A DNA stretch of 63,682 nucleotides, filler included, from Phoronis australis (Eukaryota; Animalia; Phoronida), in NCBI GenBank assembly GCA_002633005.1. It is 6 parts of 6 records of this genome, joined end to end, with 100 filler letters (N's around TTAATTAATTAA, not from the genome) between each part and the next. Parts side by side here need not be neighbours in the genome. Positions count along the whole stretch, not along the records: positions 41,288 to 59,272 come from NMRA01001477.1; positions 59,373 to 61,910 come from NMRA01003625.1; positions 62,011 to 63,682 come from NMRA01000281.1; 3 more parts are not named here. One strand, given 5' to 3'. A model generated the notes under the pieces. It was not told the DNA's origin, made no database searches, and saw only the letters and a list, made by a program, of their open reading frames with translations. Position 1 is the first letter of the stretch. Each line of letters begins with the position of its first letter. Shown here in pieces: positions 49,675 through 62,951 of this stretch. The translations under genes were made by a program, and so were the position numbers.

Positions 49675-50948
49675 CTTGACACAGTACCAGGACTATGAAT
49701 CTGACCTATAAATAAATGCACAATACAGATTTACCAAGAATGTAGAAGGGGTAACGTTCTCAAGTTATCACCACATAACAATAAAATATGGCCTTGGAAT
49801 TTACTAGGTAACACTAGTTAAAAATAAACCCTACCAGAAAATCTACACCTGTAGTCGTTTGGTTCCCTTCTGACTAATGTCACAATTACATGTATACAGC
49901 TCTGATACCACGTACTACTGGCTTCTGAGATGATATTTCAAGTTCATGAGTTCTATTGTTAGTCATATACTACATTATATCCTAGTACACAGGTGAGCAA
50001 TTGTCATGAATTATAAACGCACAAAATTGTACAAATGACAGTTGGAGTAAGGGTAGACCGGGCTTTAGGTCATGAACGTCCTCAACAGGATGATGTTTTT
50101 TCCTTTAGAAGCAAAAAGTGTCACTTTCTACATTAAGCATATAGCAAGCTACAGCAACAGCCCATCAAGTCTTCCATCCATGCCTTTCTAACATCACACT
50201 GAGTTAACTCCTTCACTTTGTCTTCCCAAGAAGTGGCTTTTTGGAATAAAGATATAGCTAAGCATTTGCGCACTTCTCCATCAAAGGAGAGAAGTCATTG
50301 AATCTTAGCAGTCCCTGCTGACCTGAGCCAAGTTTGTAATGCTCTGGTTCACAAATGTAAAAAAGTATGTGTTACGTTTGAAAAGCCCTTGAGAAGCAAA
50401 TTCTGTACGTATTTTAAACTACTGTAAGACAAATGGTACGTTGAAATTTGAAGTATAAATTGCATACAGCGTTTAGTGCTTTGAAAATGGCAGTGGTACC
50501 CTAAATAAACTGTTATACATACATGACACAACTTCACATTTCTAAGAATTAGCATTAATTGAGACATGGAGCATGCGTGCAATATATGATGTATGTTTGA
50601 ATTTTTGTCTAGAGGGAGAATCCAAAGGTCGTGCTGGTCACAGCTTGTGTGACATGTTGATGTTTGTAAACAACAACGGTGATTTACGATCAAATATTGA
50701 AAAATCTAAACGGTGTTTAACTTGAGGTCATTTTAGTGAAATCCGCAAAGTACACAAGGTACGATTGGCTGCAAGCTGGATACAATCCTGTGCAGTTTAC
50801 TTGCGGCTATGTATTTTTAACATGTACGCTAATGCTGCAAATGTATGCTAATGTACATGTATGCTAATGTTTGCTTATGCTGCAGAACAGGAATAACCCT
50901 GCTACAGGATTCATCAAGATTTGTAGTTGCGGACAGTTGTGCCTTGAC

Positions 50949-51161
50949 TGGGGACAGCAGGCACGTGCTCCTGGGGATAGCAGGCACGTGCTCCTGGGTA
51001 TAGCAGGCACGTGCTCCTGGGGATAGCAGGCACGTGCTCCTGGGGATAGCAGGCACGTGCTCCTGGGTATAGCAGGCACGTGCTCCTGGCGATAGCAGGC
51101 ACGTGCTCCTGGGGATAGCAGGCACGTACTCCTGGGGATAGCAGGCATGTGCTCCTGGGGA
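50949..51161. repeat. 23-bp minisatellite, ~9 copies, most containing CACGTG
   Basis: TAGCAGGCACGTGCTCCTGGGGA units; seven perfect CACGTG and one CATGTG. Confidence 0.95.
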
Positions 51162-51603
51162 TTTGACATCAATGTTTTTAGGGTCTCGCATTCTAAACAA
51201 CTCTGTGAACGCCACTCATAACCGATCTTTGCTCCAGCCAATCTGTGCATTAGAACACTAGGCTAAGCATACTTCACTGACAAACCACGTCACTACCCGC
51301 AGTTGTAGGTGGGGTATTCAATTTACCGAGTTGTACAATACATAACATGGACAATTACCGCAATAACACTGGTATCAGCTAGTTCCTTACTCAGATGGGA
51401 AGGCCTTTCTTACCACATCTACAACCATGTGTAAAGAAGTTCCTCTTTACAAAAAACACGACTTTGATGGTTTAAGCAGTTCTATTGAAGGTCTAAATCT
51501 CCAGTATACAAGGAGTCATGAAACGTGTGTCCCAGTTGACCCCAGCCCTTCCCTTTATATTCAAAAAACTTAATCACCAAAGGTCATTCTCATCACATTA
51601 ACG

Positions 51604-52247
51604 TGTAACGGGGGCGGTATCTACGACCAAGGCGCCCCGATTTTACGAGCCCGGTGCGGACTGAGGGTGATATTGAAAACTAAAAGTTGGTGAATAATAC
51701 ATAGGTTTATTGTAAGAATATATAACTACAATATTTCACACTTACAAGCAATCCAGTTGTTCCATGATTTAGTATCGCAGCGTTGTGATTTATACAGTTC
51801 TGATACACGGGCAAGCCAGTCGCTGATTAATAGTTGTGTGTGCAAGAACGGGGCAATTTGGTTATTCAGATCTGAAAGGTGAGATGCAATCAAGCTCTGC
51901 AGGAGCCCGAGAATTGCTGGGGCTAAACTATTGGCAACCAAGTTTGGGAGGAGCCCGAAAGCTGCACACACAGTTGCAATTTGGTGTGAGTGAAGGTGTT
52001 AATGTTTACTTCTTGAACTCTGCGACTGGACTCCTCGTGTCTGACAGAGACAAAGCTTAAGTACACAATTTCAACCAATCAGACACGATCTGAAGGGCAA
52101 GGCCCATAGCTCCTAGGTTCTGACCATATTTGGCCATGTCCAAAGGACTCAAAATCATAGGAAAATTCCATACGTAATACACAGCTTGACCACTAGAGGG
52201 CGCATATATCTTACTTACATAATCATCTCCAGGGCACTCCTGTTACA
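51604..52247 (-). mobile_element. Solo LTR (644 bp)
   Basis: TGTAACGGGGG...CTCCTGTTACA inverted termini; flanks AACG / AACA (4-bp TSD, one mismatch); minus-strand AATAAA at ~51706-51711. Confidence 0.85.
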
Positions 52248-53756
52248 AACATAACAGAAAAATTACTCAAGTTCAAATAATTTCAGTTTAATGCCTCACA
52301 CAGCACCATTTTTGAAAGTCAATGTATTGGTTGTGTTTAATTTTTAGTACACCTTCAGTAATGGGCAACTCCGCAATATATCCTCAAGGCGATAGGCAAC
52401 ATGTAGCGCCCTCGGTTGGCTGGTTAGGAGCTACAACACTTCCCATCGCTTTCTGTACTAATTTCGTCAAGTATATTGTAAACGGGCAGTTGGCGAAATC
52501 CATTCACCGATTAAGAGTTTTCACCTCACACTCAAAACTATCAAAGCGCTTACTTTCTTCAGTGATCCTTTCTGCCTCTACAGATATCTTCGATGAAGTA
52601 CAGCTATGAGAATTAAGGTACTTTGGCAAAGAATGAAAACTCCACTTTTTTGGTCGCCATTAACTTTTTCACCGTGCGCACGATAACCACAAAGTATTTC
52701 AATCGAGTCACATGAGTTATTAAGAGGCTAGCGCGAGACTGAGCGAAGGGTGTGACCTGGCAGCTGACACTTGCAAAATAGCATGAGAAGATCAGGTGAA
52801 ATTTGTAAGATCTGTGTACCATGGACTTTTTGTTCGTCAACAGGCGTGATTTCACGCAGTGAGAGATTAACTAGAGCGAACCGTGACAGATTTTCATGGA
52901 TGTTCAAGTTATGTTAACTAAATTGTATCCAGAGTCAAGGTATGTATTAATTATAGCTCCATGTGCATACAGGCATGTTTCATTCGATTTCATTTGAAGT
53001 ATTTTGAAATGATCAGAGTAACTTTTAATGGGGATGTACTAACACCCCTGTATGCCTGTAGCATTCAGGGCGATGTAATTGCCTACAAGGTGACGAATAA
53101 AGGTCCCATTTTGACACCTGAAAATATAGAGAACAGGAAGCAGATGATGAGAATGGGGACAATTGTGTCATGAGGGTGCCACAAAATTACCCCCCAAAGC
53201 CTATGGGAACGTCCTTTAATTGCTTCACTTGCAACACCTCAAGAATCTTTTGAGTTCCCATTTCACGCAACATGCAGTTCGGGATGAGTGGAGTTCACAG
53301 GTTGTTTCAACAGGTGATTCACAGCCACTAATTTGATTCACACAGAGCAGAAGTTTGCAATTTTGCCTCGACTTAGTGCGACTTTGGTCTTGAACCAGTA
53401 AGTACCAACTCAGAAACAAAAATAATTTGAAAAGCATCCACTAGAGGACGTCTAACATTCTTTCACTTTCCACATTGGCCTGTCTACGTTTTTTTTTTTT
53501 TCTTTTGGTTTACAGCCTGACTTCAAACAGACTTCGAAGACGTTTGTACCACAACAAAGTCAATACACATAACATAATGAAATGAACCGAAGAGGATTAA
53601 GGTGTTCTGCTACCGAACCACGGCACGAATCACGTCGACGACGACGACGATTGTAGTTTGTACACCACGACGTTCTGTTTTGTTTACTTAGACCCCATAT
53701 GTTTGATTTTGATTTATCTCTCTCCCTCGCTCTTCATTCAAAAAATTAAAACTTAC

Positions 53757-54130
53757 GTTCGTTGACGCCTAGCTAGGTTATCTCCAAAGCAACTGAGCTT
53801 TCTTCGGGAACAATGAAAACTTCAGGACACATCGTCTTCCCGAATTTTAGTCGGATAAGCACAGCACGAACGTATTGGTCGAGTCTAACGTCATGTGTTT
53901 AAGCTCAAGTGGAACACACAAATAATACGTTTTTGAAGATGAAACCTTGCAATAAAAATTTAATTTATCTTTTTATTAAAAAGCATGTAATTTCTAACAT
54001 AAAAGCGTACAACAGATGCAAAACGTTGAAGATTTTAAACGTAAAAAGAAGTTCACACCCCTACTATGAAATCGACGCGTGCTCACCGAGGATGCCGACA
54101 GGTGACGAGACGGTTAAATAGGTCACATGC
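53757..54130 (-). promoter_or_regulatory. Probable non-coding exon 1 and promoter of V-ATPase subunit a, with MiT/TFE M-box/CLEAR-like motifs
   Basis: Minus-strand donor GAAC|GTAAGT at 53756; CpG-rich; GTCATGTG at 53890 and GTCACATG at 54122; another GTCACATGA at 52707. Confidence 0.45.
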
Positions 54131-56683
54131 TCAAGTGCAAACGCACCGACTCGTGAGTGTGAAGGCTCTTCCGGACTGAGGAGAACCGTACAAAATAGCC
54201 AGTGGACTGGTCGCTAAAAAGAGTGTCTTTTACACGACCAGTTTTCCTACGAAAAAGGTGCCTTTTCCAACAGAAATGGCCAATTTATCAAATAAAAGTC
54301 CCTACACTGACGGAGCGCGCTGTGACCGAAGATATCGAAGTGAACGATTTTCCAAAAGCTTTTGTTTTTTGACTACAGTGTAGGACATTTAATCTTTTCT
54401 TTGGCTTGTGCTGTCTCGGGATTCATGGCCAGGTTCAGAAATTTTATTTATTTTTGACTACTCGCTGCTGTTTTAACCCTACTTAAAAGTATTTTAGCAC
54501 CGGTGCTGCACATACCGCGGGTACCAGAAAAGGGGTTCTCAGCCTGAGATTGCAGTACGCGGGGCTTTTACTAGCTGTTATCAGTTTACAGCGTTCTCTA
54601 CTGCTAACATATGTGACGGTTTAATCCACGAAAACTTCGATTTTTACAGAAAATGCGCTACCGAAAAACGTGGATTGAAACATTTGAATGAGAAATACTT
54701 TTACTTTATTTCGCCATATAAGAAAACAAATACTGTAAATTGCCTGGTGAAAGTACTCGTAAAATGTTCTCCTACAGCTGAGTTCCATTGACTAGTGTAG
54801 CACTCCGTTTTCAATTCGATTCAAATCTAATAATCATTTCCAATCTGTGTAATGACCAAGATGGGCCGATCTTATATCAGAAGGGACCGAAATCACAGAA
54901 GGTGTGGATTTATTGCCTCTTCAAAGTTGCTACACCCCGAGTTAAAACGGATGTCTTACATGTTAAACATCGAAGCTAATCATGATTTTGATTCAGGTGC
55001 CAAAAATCGCCAATGTCGCGTGACCTTGCATTGTCTAATTATAATAATCGCATTAAATTTAACCGATGTGCCCAAAGTCATAGTCAATCAAACACCAGTG
55101 ACCTAAGCGTTTTTGAAACCTGGCGATCATGTCCAAACCTCAGTTCTCCTTGTCAAAACAATAGATTCGAAACCAAAATTGGTGAAAAGAAAAGATTCAG
55201 TGAATTTAAAGCCATGAACTAAACGAGAGAATACATGAGATCCTTGTAAATTGTTTGCGATTGCAAAACATCTTAAATTTCAGTATGAGCGGGTACACTG
55301 TGTTCTCATGGGCAATTCATTTTTTATGAAACTCAGAACTGCAAATTTAATGCCGACAACAAACTAGTTGTTTATATTTTTTAAATAGTCAGAAAAGTCA
55401 AGTAATAGATCTAATACGGCCACATTTTAGAGAGAAATGCAGGAACCAACATTTTTACTTCACGTGTTTCACATGCTCGTAATATAAAAAAAAACAATTT
55501 CTAGGCCACGTACGTAGGCAGTGCGTCTCTAATGGTGCCGAACCATTTTAACACGCTTTTTATTGACATCGCATTAAAGGTAAACCATCCTACTCGACAC
55601 CGATTCATATTAGCTTTGTTTGATCCACATGAATGCACCGTGAAGATTGTGCATTTGGCTTTGAAGGGACAGCGACACAGTGCAGCGCTACCCAAACTTG
55701 ACGTAACTTGTAGCTGCGTACTTTGGGCCTGTGACTTTGTGAATGATCATAATCAACAAATGGAGACAAGTAGTATTTCCTCCTTATTTGTGAAAAAAAT
55801 GCAATCTGGTGTTGTTTACTGCCAACCGAAGTTCATGTAAAAATTAATACTGAATTTTTAATTTGCGTTAAATACATTTTATGGGATTTAATTTAAGTCC
55901 TTGTTTATCGTTCTTCGCGCGCAAGCGGTTACAAGCCATAAGCTGGACTAAGCTGGGACGCGTGTTTCCATGCTGTTTTACGTGTAATTATAGTGTAAAC
56001 TCTCTCTTCATTGATGGATTTAATGCCTTTTTTGTTAATGAAATTTTGTTATCGTGAAATTTAATTGATACCACAAATTAATTGCGGTACTGATAGTAAC
56101 AACACATAGGCGGATTTAGGGGGTGGGGGCAGAGGAACCCCCTTGGCTGCCGGCAAAAAGATAAAACAGCAAGAGCGTGAGGAAATATTGAGTTAATATT
56201 TAACGCAGACAATTAACATGTGGCGGCTGAGAGGGAGATCAGACCATCGGCGCAAACCTTCTCCCGTTTTCTTTCTTTTAGTCGTCCGTTTGTTTTGTTT
56301 TTTAGTGGAAGGTCCAAGTCCAGAAATCCGAGCCCACTATTTTTTAGCCTGGATGCGCGCATGCAATTATATCGTCCTTTGCGCGATTGGGCCGAGACAA
56401 AATTGTGGACCCTCCCCTTACGATATCCTAGATCCGCCACTGCAAAGTTCCTGATCATAAATAGTTAATTCCACGTATTTCGGTTTCCCTTTCAAAATAT
56501 AACTTCAAAAGTGTTCTATTTGTCGACCACTTTAAAAAAGTAAAATTCATTTTTCGGTCATTTACCCAAAACTACAGACACTGTTACTTACATGCACATG
56601 TATGAGAAGTCGAGATTGTCTATTTCTCCAATGTATTGCGACGAGATGAATCGCTTCTTTATCACAGAAAAAATTTGTCCGAG

Positions 56684-57559
56684 ATAAATATAGATTATTA
56701 CATGGCGAAGACGTTATCCCTCGTTATCTAGAGCCCGAGTGGATTTTGGAGAATTATCGCCCGAGGGGCGTTAGCCCCGAGGGTGATAATTCTACAAAAT
56801 CCACGAGGGCTCTAGATAAGGGGGATAACGACTGAGAACATGTAATAATCTATTTATACCACATACTAAACGAGAAACATTGCAATGAATCGATCTACCT
56901 TTCTCGACTCGCCTCGGCTTTGTAACTACTTTCTATGTCAGAGGCCCGGGGTCGGAGGTCGTGACCTTTTAAGAAAAGCCGAGCTATTTTTGTCAAATAA
57001 TGCTTATACTCAAAACCAATTGGAAATTAAAACAAAATAGAAATGAAGTGAATCTCTAAATTAAGGTTAAGCAACTATTATAGCTTAAAACACGTTTTTT
57101 ACACGCTAAGCTTCGACCGGGAAATTATCGTCTGCTAAAGTAGGTTACCACTGGTAACTGAATATAATTCTCAAGTCAAAGATCCTGACGAGACGATACC
57201 CGCATTCAAACTAGAGATCGGTGATTTATAAGTAAGAGGACATGAGAGAAAAATTTCACCGAATTAAGATATCATTTTTATGGAAATTATGTGTCTTATT
57301 TTTCGTTGCGTATAAGTACAGTACAATGTGGTTTGTTGAACGTGCGATTATTGCGCGTGCTCATTTAAGTATTCTATTTTCAATCTTGATGACGTCAGTC
57401 GCTGCGTGGTGTAGTGGTAAAGTCGGCGACTAGCAATATTAGGGTCCCGGGTTCGACCCCGTCCTAGGTTTCCCGCCAAATCGATATCTCACTAGTGAGA
57501 TAACTTTATGGGTTATTACACGGTTGTATTTGCCATTTGACGCTAATGTTGTGGTATAA
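56684..57559. mobile_element. Non-autonomous element with a ~174-bp terminal palindrome, TTATACCAC/GTGGTATAA inverted motifs and an internal tRNA-like segment (Crypton-like, inferred)
   Basis: 56684-56857 folds on itself around CCCGAGGGGC-GTTA-GCCCCGAGGG; TTATACCAC at ~56854 is inverted at 57551-57559. Confidence 0.6.
57400..57470 (+). pseudogene. tRNA-derived sequence (pol III A and B boxes); not a foldable tRNA gene
   Basis: A box TGGTGTAGTGG and B box GGTTCGACCCC at tRNA spacing; acceptor and anticodon stems do not pair. Confidence 0.6.
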
Positions 57560-58694
57560 TGCCATGTATTGTATGTTATACACTGTGCAACATGACAGCC
57601 GGGTGACCGTAATATTATGATTTGATGCTAAAGTGTTGAACAGCAATTCATTCTAAATCTCTGAGAGTGAATATTGTGTAATGTTGGGTAAACTTAGATG
57701 GTTTATCTCTATACATTGATATACATGAATTGTTATTCACGGACTAAGTGGAGCGAAACACTCACGTACAGTGATACACATTTCGACATGTGAACACTGA
57801 CAACTTTCTTTTGTTATGCTAAAATCACGAATAAAGTAGATCGACGTTAACAAACTGGCCCCAAGGTTTCGCTTAAGCCATGTCAACCATTGTGTCAAAC
57901 GCAATTGGTCTGGAGCTCTTCAACAACTCTGTCAAAATTGACAAGCATGTTTTTTTTTTTACTTTAACATTTATTGAATGGGAATACTTTGATTAGATGT
58001 AGTTCAGTCACCTGATCCTTTTGTTGCGTCTCGTGCAGTGGGCACATGAACCAATACCAATATGCGCGCGGAGCAAAGGGGCACTTGAATCAAGTTTAAG
58101 GCGTGGCCAGGCTGCACACGAGTGAGTGTCATCAAAGGCGCGGTATTAATTGAAATTCCGTAGTATTGTACACAGTGCACGAGAGCGACATCGCGCGACT
58201 GAATGTTCCGTTTCATAATTCAATCGCACGACGTCACCTACCGTCATCGCGTTGCTTAAGGAATCACAGCGCACAAATTTCGATTTTTCCGCTACGTTTT
58301 GTATATTTCCTTTAACATGGAACGTGCATTCTTGGCCGGCCTTGGCATTTTAATATTGGCGGTGGCGCACACATATACAGTACATGTATATCCCTTTAAT
58401 ATCTTGCCGATGTTTGGTTTAATATCCCCAATCTGGCCATTGTGTGCAGTGGCGGATCTAGGATATCACAAGCGGGGGGCCAACATTTTGTCCGGCTGTA
58501 AGCATTTGCGCAAACCACGATTGTAGATGAGCATAGCACCGAATGGGGGGAGGTCGGTTTGCCCCCCTCCCGCCCAGTAAATTTTTCTGTCTTTTCCTCC
58601 AAAAATCAAGCATTTTCCTTGATTCCTGAAGTGTTATCCAAGGAAAGAAGTCAAAAAGAAAAAACGGAGAACGTGTCAAACAGGAAAAAACTGC

Positions 58695-58765
58695 ATGTAC
58701 CACAGAGTCGAACTCACGACCTGGAGGATAGCACGCGCGCGCTTTACCACAAAACCACCACGATG
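58695..58765 (-). pseudogene. Second tRNA-derived (SINE-head-like) sequence
   Basis: Minus strand GGTGGTTTTGTGGTAAAGCGCGCG...GGTCGTGAGTTCGACTC with A- and B-box-like motifs. Confidence 0.45.
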
Positions 58766-59605
58766 CAACTGCTACTCTCATACTAAGAGACCTATTTGTT
58801 TATGGTCCATAGCGTTTGCGCGCGAAACCTACTTCTTTTTGTAATGCTTATTACACGTTTTATATTTAGTGCAATCGGTTCTTAACAATTTTTTTGTATT
58901 TAAAATAGTCTTCAAATTCCCAAAAGACCAAATCCGTTTTTCGTGTTGGCAATAATGACGGGATTGCTTTGGAAATCGTCTTAAGTTAGTTTGACAAAGA
59001 GAGAAGTATGAGTTTCTGAGTGATTCACTAAGGCTTCGATTAAAATTCACATCTTACCAGCAGCTTCTGTTTTTTCATTGTCACTCTGGTTCCATTTTCT
59101 TTAAAAATGAAGTACATCTTCTTCATTGCACAGTGGAGCAGACGACGGAAACGGAGTCGTAGTGCGCAGCGCCACTGCCGGTCGCCTGGGATATTGCGGG
59201 AGAGCCTATAGGCATAGTTCCGTTACGAATTAGCCGTGTTCCGAATTTGAAACTTTAAATTGGATCTGAGCCNNNNNNNNNNNNNNNNNNNNNNNNNNNN
59301 NNNNNNNNNNNNNNNNTTAATTAATTAANNNNNNNNNNNNNNNNNNNNNNNNNNNNNNNNNNNNNNNNNNNNTGTCTAGGTTACGTAGATTTGTAACCAT
59401 AATATTTCAAACTCACAAATTTGATTTGACAGAATTTTTACCAAAAAAAATTGACACAAAAACACCATTTTCTCCGGAACCGTAAGTCCGATTTAAAAAT
59501 TTTTTGCACCGTTCTTTTAGTCTCGAAGAGAGCTTTCTCGTGATGTATATTACATGCACATTTTCAAAAAATTTTGAAAAATGCTGTCCTCGCTAACCTT
59601 AGGTC

Positions 59606-60373
59606 CTAGGAGGTTGTCGATTTCTTTAATTCCTTCCAACTCGAACAAGTACTCCCGTTATGAAACTTTTTCTTCGAGCAGTCCCTATTTCAATTCCCAA
59701 AATCGTGAAATCAACATTTTCATTTTTTTAACCAGGCCGTAGGTCAGAAGTTGCAGTCCTACCGGCGAACTTTGAAAGCTGAAGTTCCCGCCCTTTGCGT
59801 ACGTGCTGCCGGGAACCAGTCGTGCATTTGCCGTGTTGTTGAACATTAAAATGTCAAATATGTGCACAAAGTCTATTAAATGTCATATCAACAGCATTTA
59901 TTTTTATCAAATACAAACAATAATTCATTGAAATACAATCAGTTTCAAGTAACGCCAATTAAAAGACAGTGGCATTTTGGAAACGAACATTTGACTGACA
60001 AGACCGCAATGGCTCACCTTTGGCCTATTTAAAGATTGAGTTCATGAAGTCACATCACCTAGCGAGCGCGGTAAAAATTGGAGCGTGGGCAGTATAAAAA
60101 AATGGTGAGTTCACGATTTTGGGAACTGAAATAGGGACTGCTTGAAGAAAAAGTTTCATAACGGGAGTATTTGTTCGAGTTGGAAGGAATTAAACACATC
60201 GACAACCTCCTAAGGTGTTCCTCTATGCGCAAAAGGTATTTATAACAATGTGACTTTGATGGTTTAGTCGGTGCGAGGCATAATTCGCCGAAAANGCTTC
60301 CGGCGTACAGAGCGCCTATAGCCTCTACATCGCCTCTGCTTCGGGCCAACAGAGGCGATGGTCATTGCCTACG
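59606..60373. mobile_element. Long-TIR non-autonomous DNA element, left arm truncated
   Basis: 59606-59730 is the reverse complement of 60095-60212; the right end is duplicated at 41288-41476. Confidence 0.78.
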
Positions 60374-61314
60374 ACCAACCGTGATGGCGTAATTAAAGAA
60401 ATGCATTGCGATGGCGGATGCAGCAGCATAGCGGTGTGTGCTCTTGACAACAAACCCACCGATAGCATTTGAACAATCTAGGAGTCAACCCAGTAGACCA
60501 CTGGCGAGAATAATTCTTTGGAATAGGCAGGAAGTCTCTTCGATACCAGTAACGCAAGAACGTGCCGTTTGAGTTCTTGATACCCGGATGTCCATGATGC
60601 AACGCAAAACCTGACAAAACACGGTGAATAATTTGGACAAGCAGAAGTAGGGCGGCTCCTAACTCGCGAAAAACCTAATGACCCAAACGTTCATCATACA
60701 GGTAGCTCAAACTTAAGCGGTGTTAAATCCGTGCTAAATGTTAAAAGGTTAGGATTTAGGCTACTTGTAGTTATAACACTTGTTCCTTGCTCACTTTAGG
60801 AGATATGTTTGGGCCATGGAAGGACTGATGGTTCGCAATTTCTCTACACCAATGTCAACAAAGCATGCTGCATTATAAAATAAGGTTCTAATTTTTGAGT
60901 CGTATTAAAGCTGCAACAGAGTCGCTTTTGCAAGCTTGAGAAAAAATCAGTAGTCATCTTTCGCTGAACATAAGGTCAACTACGTTTTTTCCAACTTCTA
61001 AGCGATGGCGTCCTGGTATCAGAACAAACACTATTAGGTCGCTGTGAAATCGTGTCCCTGGTTTCACAATTTAGAGTATTTGGAACAGACAATACGTGCA
61101 TCAAACAATGTCCCCAGCACAAAGTAGCCTACTCATTGCCAGTCTGGCCTCACCATAACAGCGACTACACATGCGGCATTACAACAGAAAACACTGTGCT
61201 ACGACTTCGCATGGCATTTTTCTTGGATCATATAAAGCCTTTCTTCCCGCTGTGAATTAAAACTGATGAACTGACAGACAGACGACCCGTTCAAATGAAT
61301 ACCTATAACAACAT

Positions 61315-61487
61315 AAAGAGGTACGACCCTTCCCACAAAGAGGGACGACCCTTCCCCCAAAGAGGGACGACCATTCCCTCAAAGAGGGACTACCCTTCCT
61401 CAATGAGGGACTACCCTTCCCTCAAAGAGGAACGCCCCTTCCCTCAAAGAGCGACGACCCTCCCCTCAAAGAGTGACGACCCTTCTC
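61315..61487. repeat. 22-bp minisatellite, ~8 copies
   Basis: AAAGAGGGACGACCCTTCCCTC units. Confidence 0.92.
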
Positions 61488-62010
61488 TGCTAGCTGCATT
61501 TCATCATGTTTGGAGGCTAAAACAAACCAGTCCTTTTACTCTGAAAAAACTTGTCTGATAATTTTCCCTACCGTAACAGGATTTCATTTCCGTTACCAAC
61601 AACATAAATCAGTGACTCGAGAAAGGCTTTATTGGGGTTGACAAAGCCTTAAACTGCGAATTTGAAAGTGGCGCATGTACTCATTGCCTGTGACGTGGAT
61701 TACCGGCTCATTCGACAGCTCTTCTCAAGATCGGATGACCGGGGCAAAGCTCAAAACCCCTAAGGCGTTCTGGTTAAAAATTCAAGATGGACAGCTAAAC
61801 AGGGTTGAAATGCAGTTTGAAGTATGCCTATGCGATGTTACATTACACGGAAACACAATGGAGCAACAACTCGATGGTTAATCTACGGTAAAACTGACGA
61901 ATACGCACAANNNNNNNNNNNNNNNNNNNNNNNNNNNNNNNNNNNNNNNNNNNNTTAATTAATTAANNNNNNNNNNNNNNNNNNNNNNNNNNNNNNNNNN
62001 NNNNNNNNNN

Positions 62011-62178
62011 AGATACACTTCAGTTCGAGTACACTCGAAAACTGAGTACGTGCTCGAAATTTCGAGTACAGATTTTTCGAGTATGACTTTGAATACACCA
62101 AAGCTGAGTCTGTACTCGAGTTGAGTATGAAGTGTGAGCATGATTCGAGTCTGAGTACGGAGATTGGAGACCGGGCCC
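62011..62178. mobile_element. Right end of the Harbinger-like element family seen at 25281-27295
   Basis: Near-identical to 27116-27295, ending GGAGATTGGAGACCGGGCCC|TG. Confidence 0.88.
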
Positions 62179-62213
62179 TGATCTCAGCTTCTTTCTGACT
62201 CAACTTAGCAGTG

Positions 62214-62951
62214 GCGGATTAAGAGGGGGGCAAAGGGGTCACTACTAGAACAGTCATGATTTGAATGGGCATGGCATCTGTGTTCGATTGCCACACGTGC
62301 ACGTGATATAGTGTTAGTCTTTGGTTTAGTCACTAGATATTGGGTTTTCTAGGTTTTTTCTCTTGCGAATTATTTACGTTCAGTGTACACACTCGAGACT
62401 ATGTACATTTGTGCAAGATTTCTAGTGCAACTGGACACTCTGTTTTTGTTTTTGTTGTTTCATTGTCTTAATTTGATGAAACGTTCCACTTTCAGTATCA
62501 TACTCACTTGTAGAAAACACTAGAAATGAGATTTGATTGTGAAAAGACAAAATTTGCCAAAATGAGGCAGAAATTTCCCACGGGTTACATGTATGTCAAC
62601 CCCGTTACACCATTTTGCATTCTAGTCCAAGTAACAGAAAACTAAAACAAACACTGTGCTGTACAATCGAATATCCTCACAGCTTTATTGGATATCTTAG
62701 ACCTGTGAAAAGACCTGCGGATTAAGAGGGGGGTCACTACTAGAGCAGTCTTGATTTGGATGAGCATAGCACACCGCTGTTATTGTTCTTTCATTGTCTT
62801 AATTTGAAACTGTTCTGGTGATGAAAAGTTCCACTTTCAGTATGATACCCACTTGTAGAAAACAATGGAAATGAGATTTGATTGTGAAATGTCCAAATTT
62901 GTCAAAATGAGGCTGAATTTTCCCATCCGTTATGTCAACCCCGTTACACCG
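62214..62951. repeat. Diverged local direct duplication (62214-62611 vs 62717-62951)
   Basis: Shared blocks GCGGATTAAGAGGGGGG..TCACTACTAGA, TTCATTGTCTTAATTTGA, TTCCACTTTCAGTAT and TATGTCAACCCCGTTACACC. Confidence 0.8.

Noticed and set aside
50829-51250. 128-aa repetitive ORFs
   Set aside because: Translation of a 23-bp minisatellite that lacks stops on the minus strand.
57400-57470. Functional tRNA gene
   Set aside because: A and B boxes are present but the acceptor and anticodon stems do not pair; kept only as tRNA-derived.
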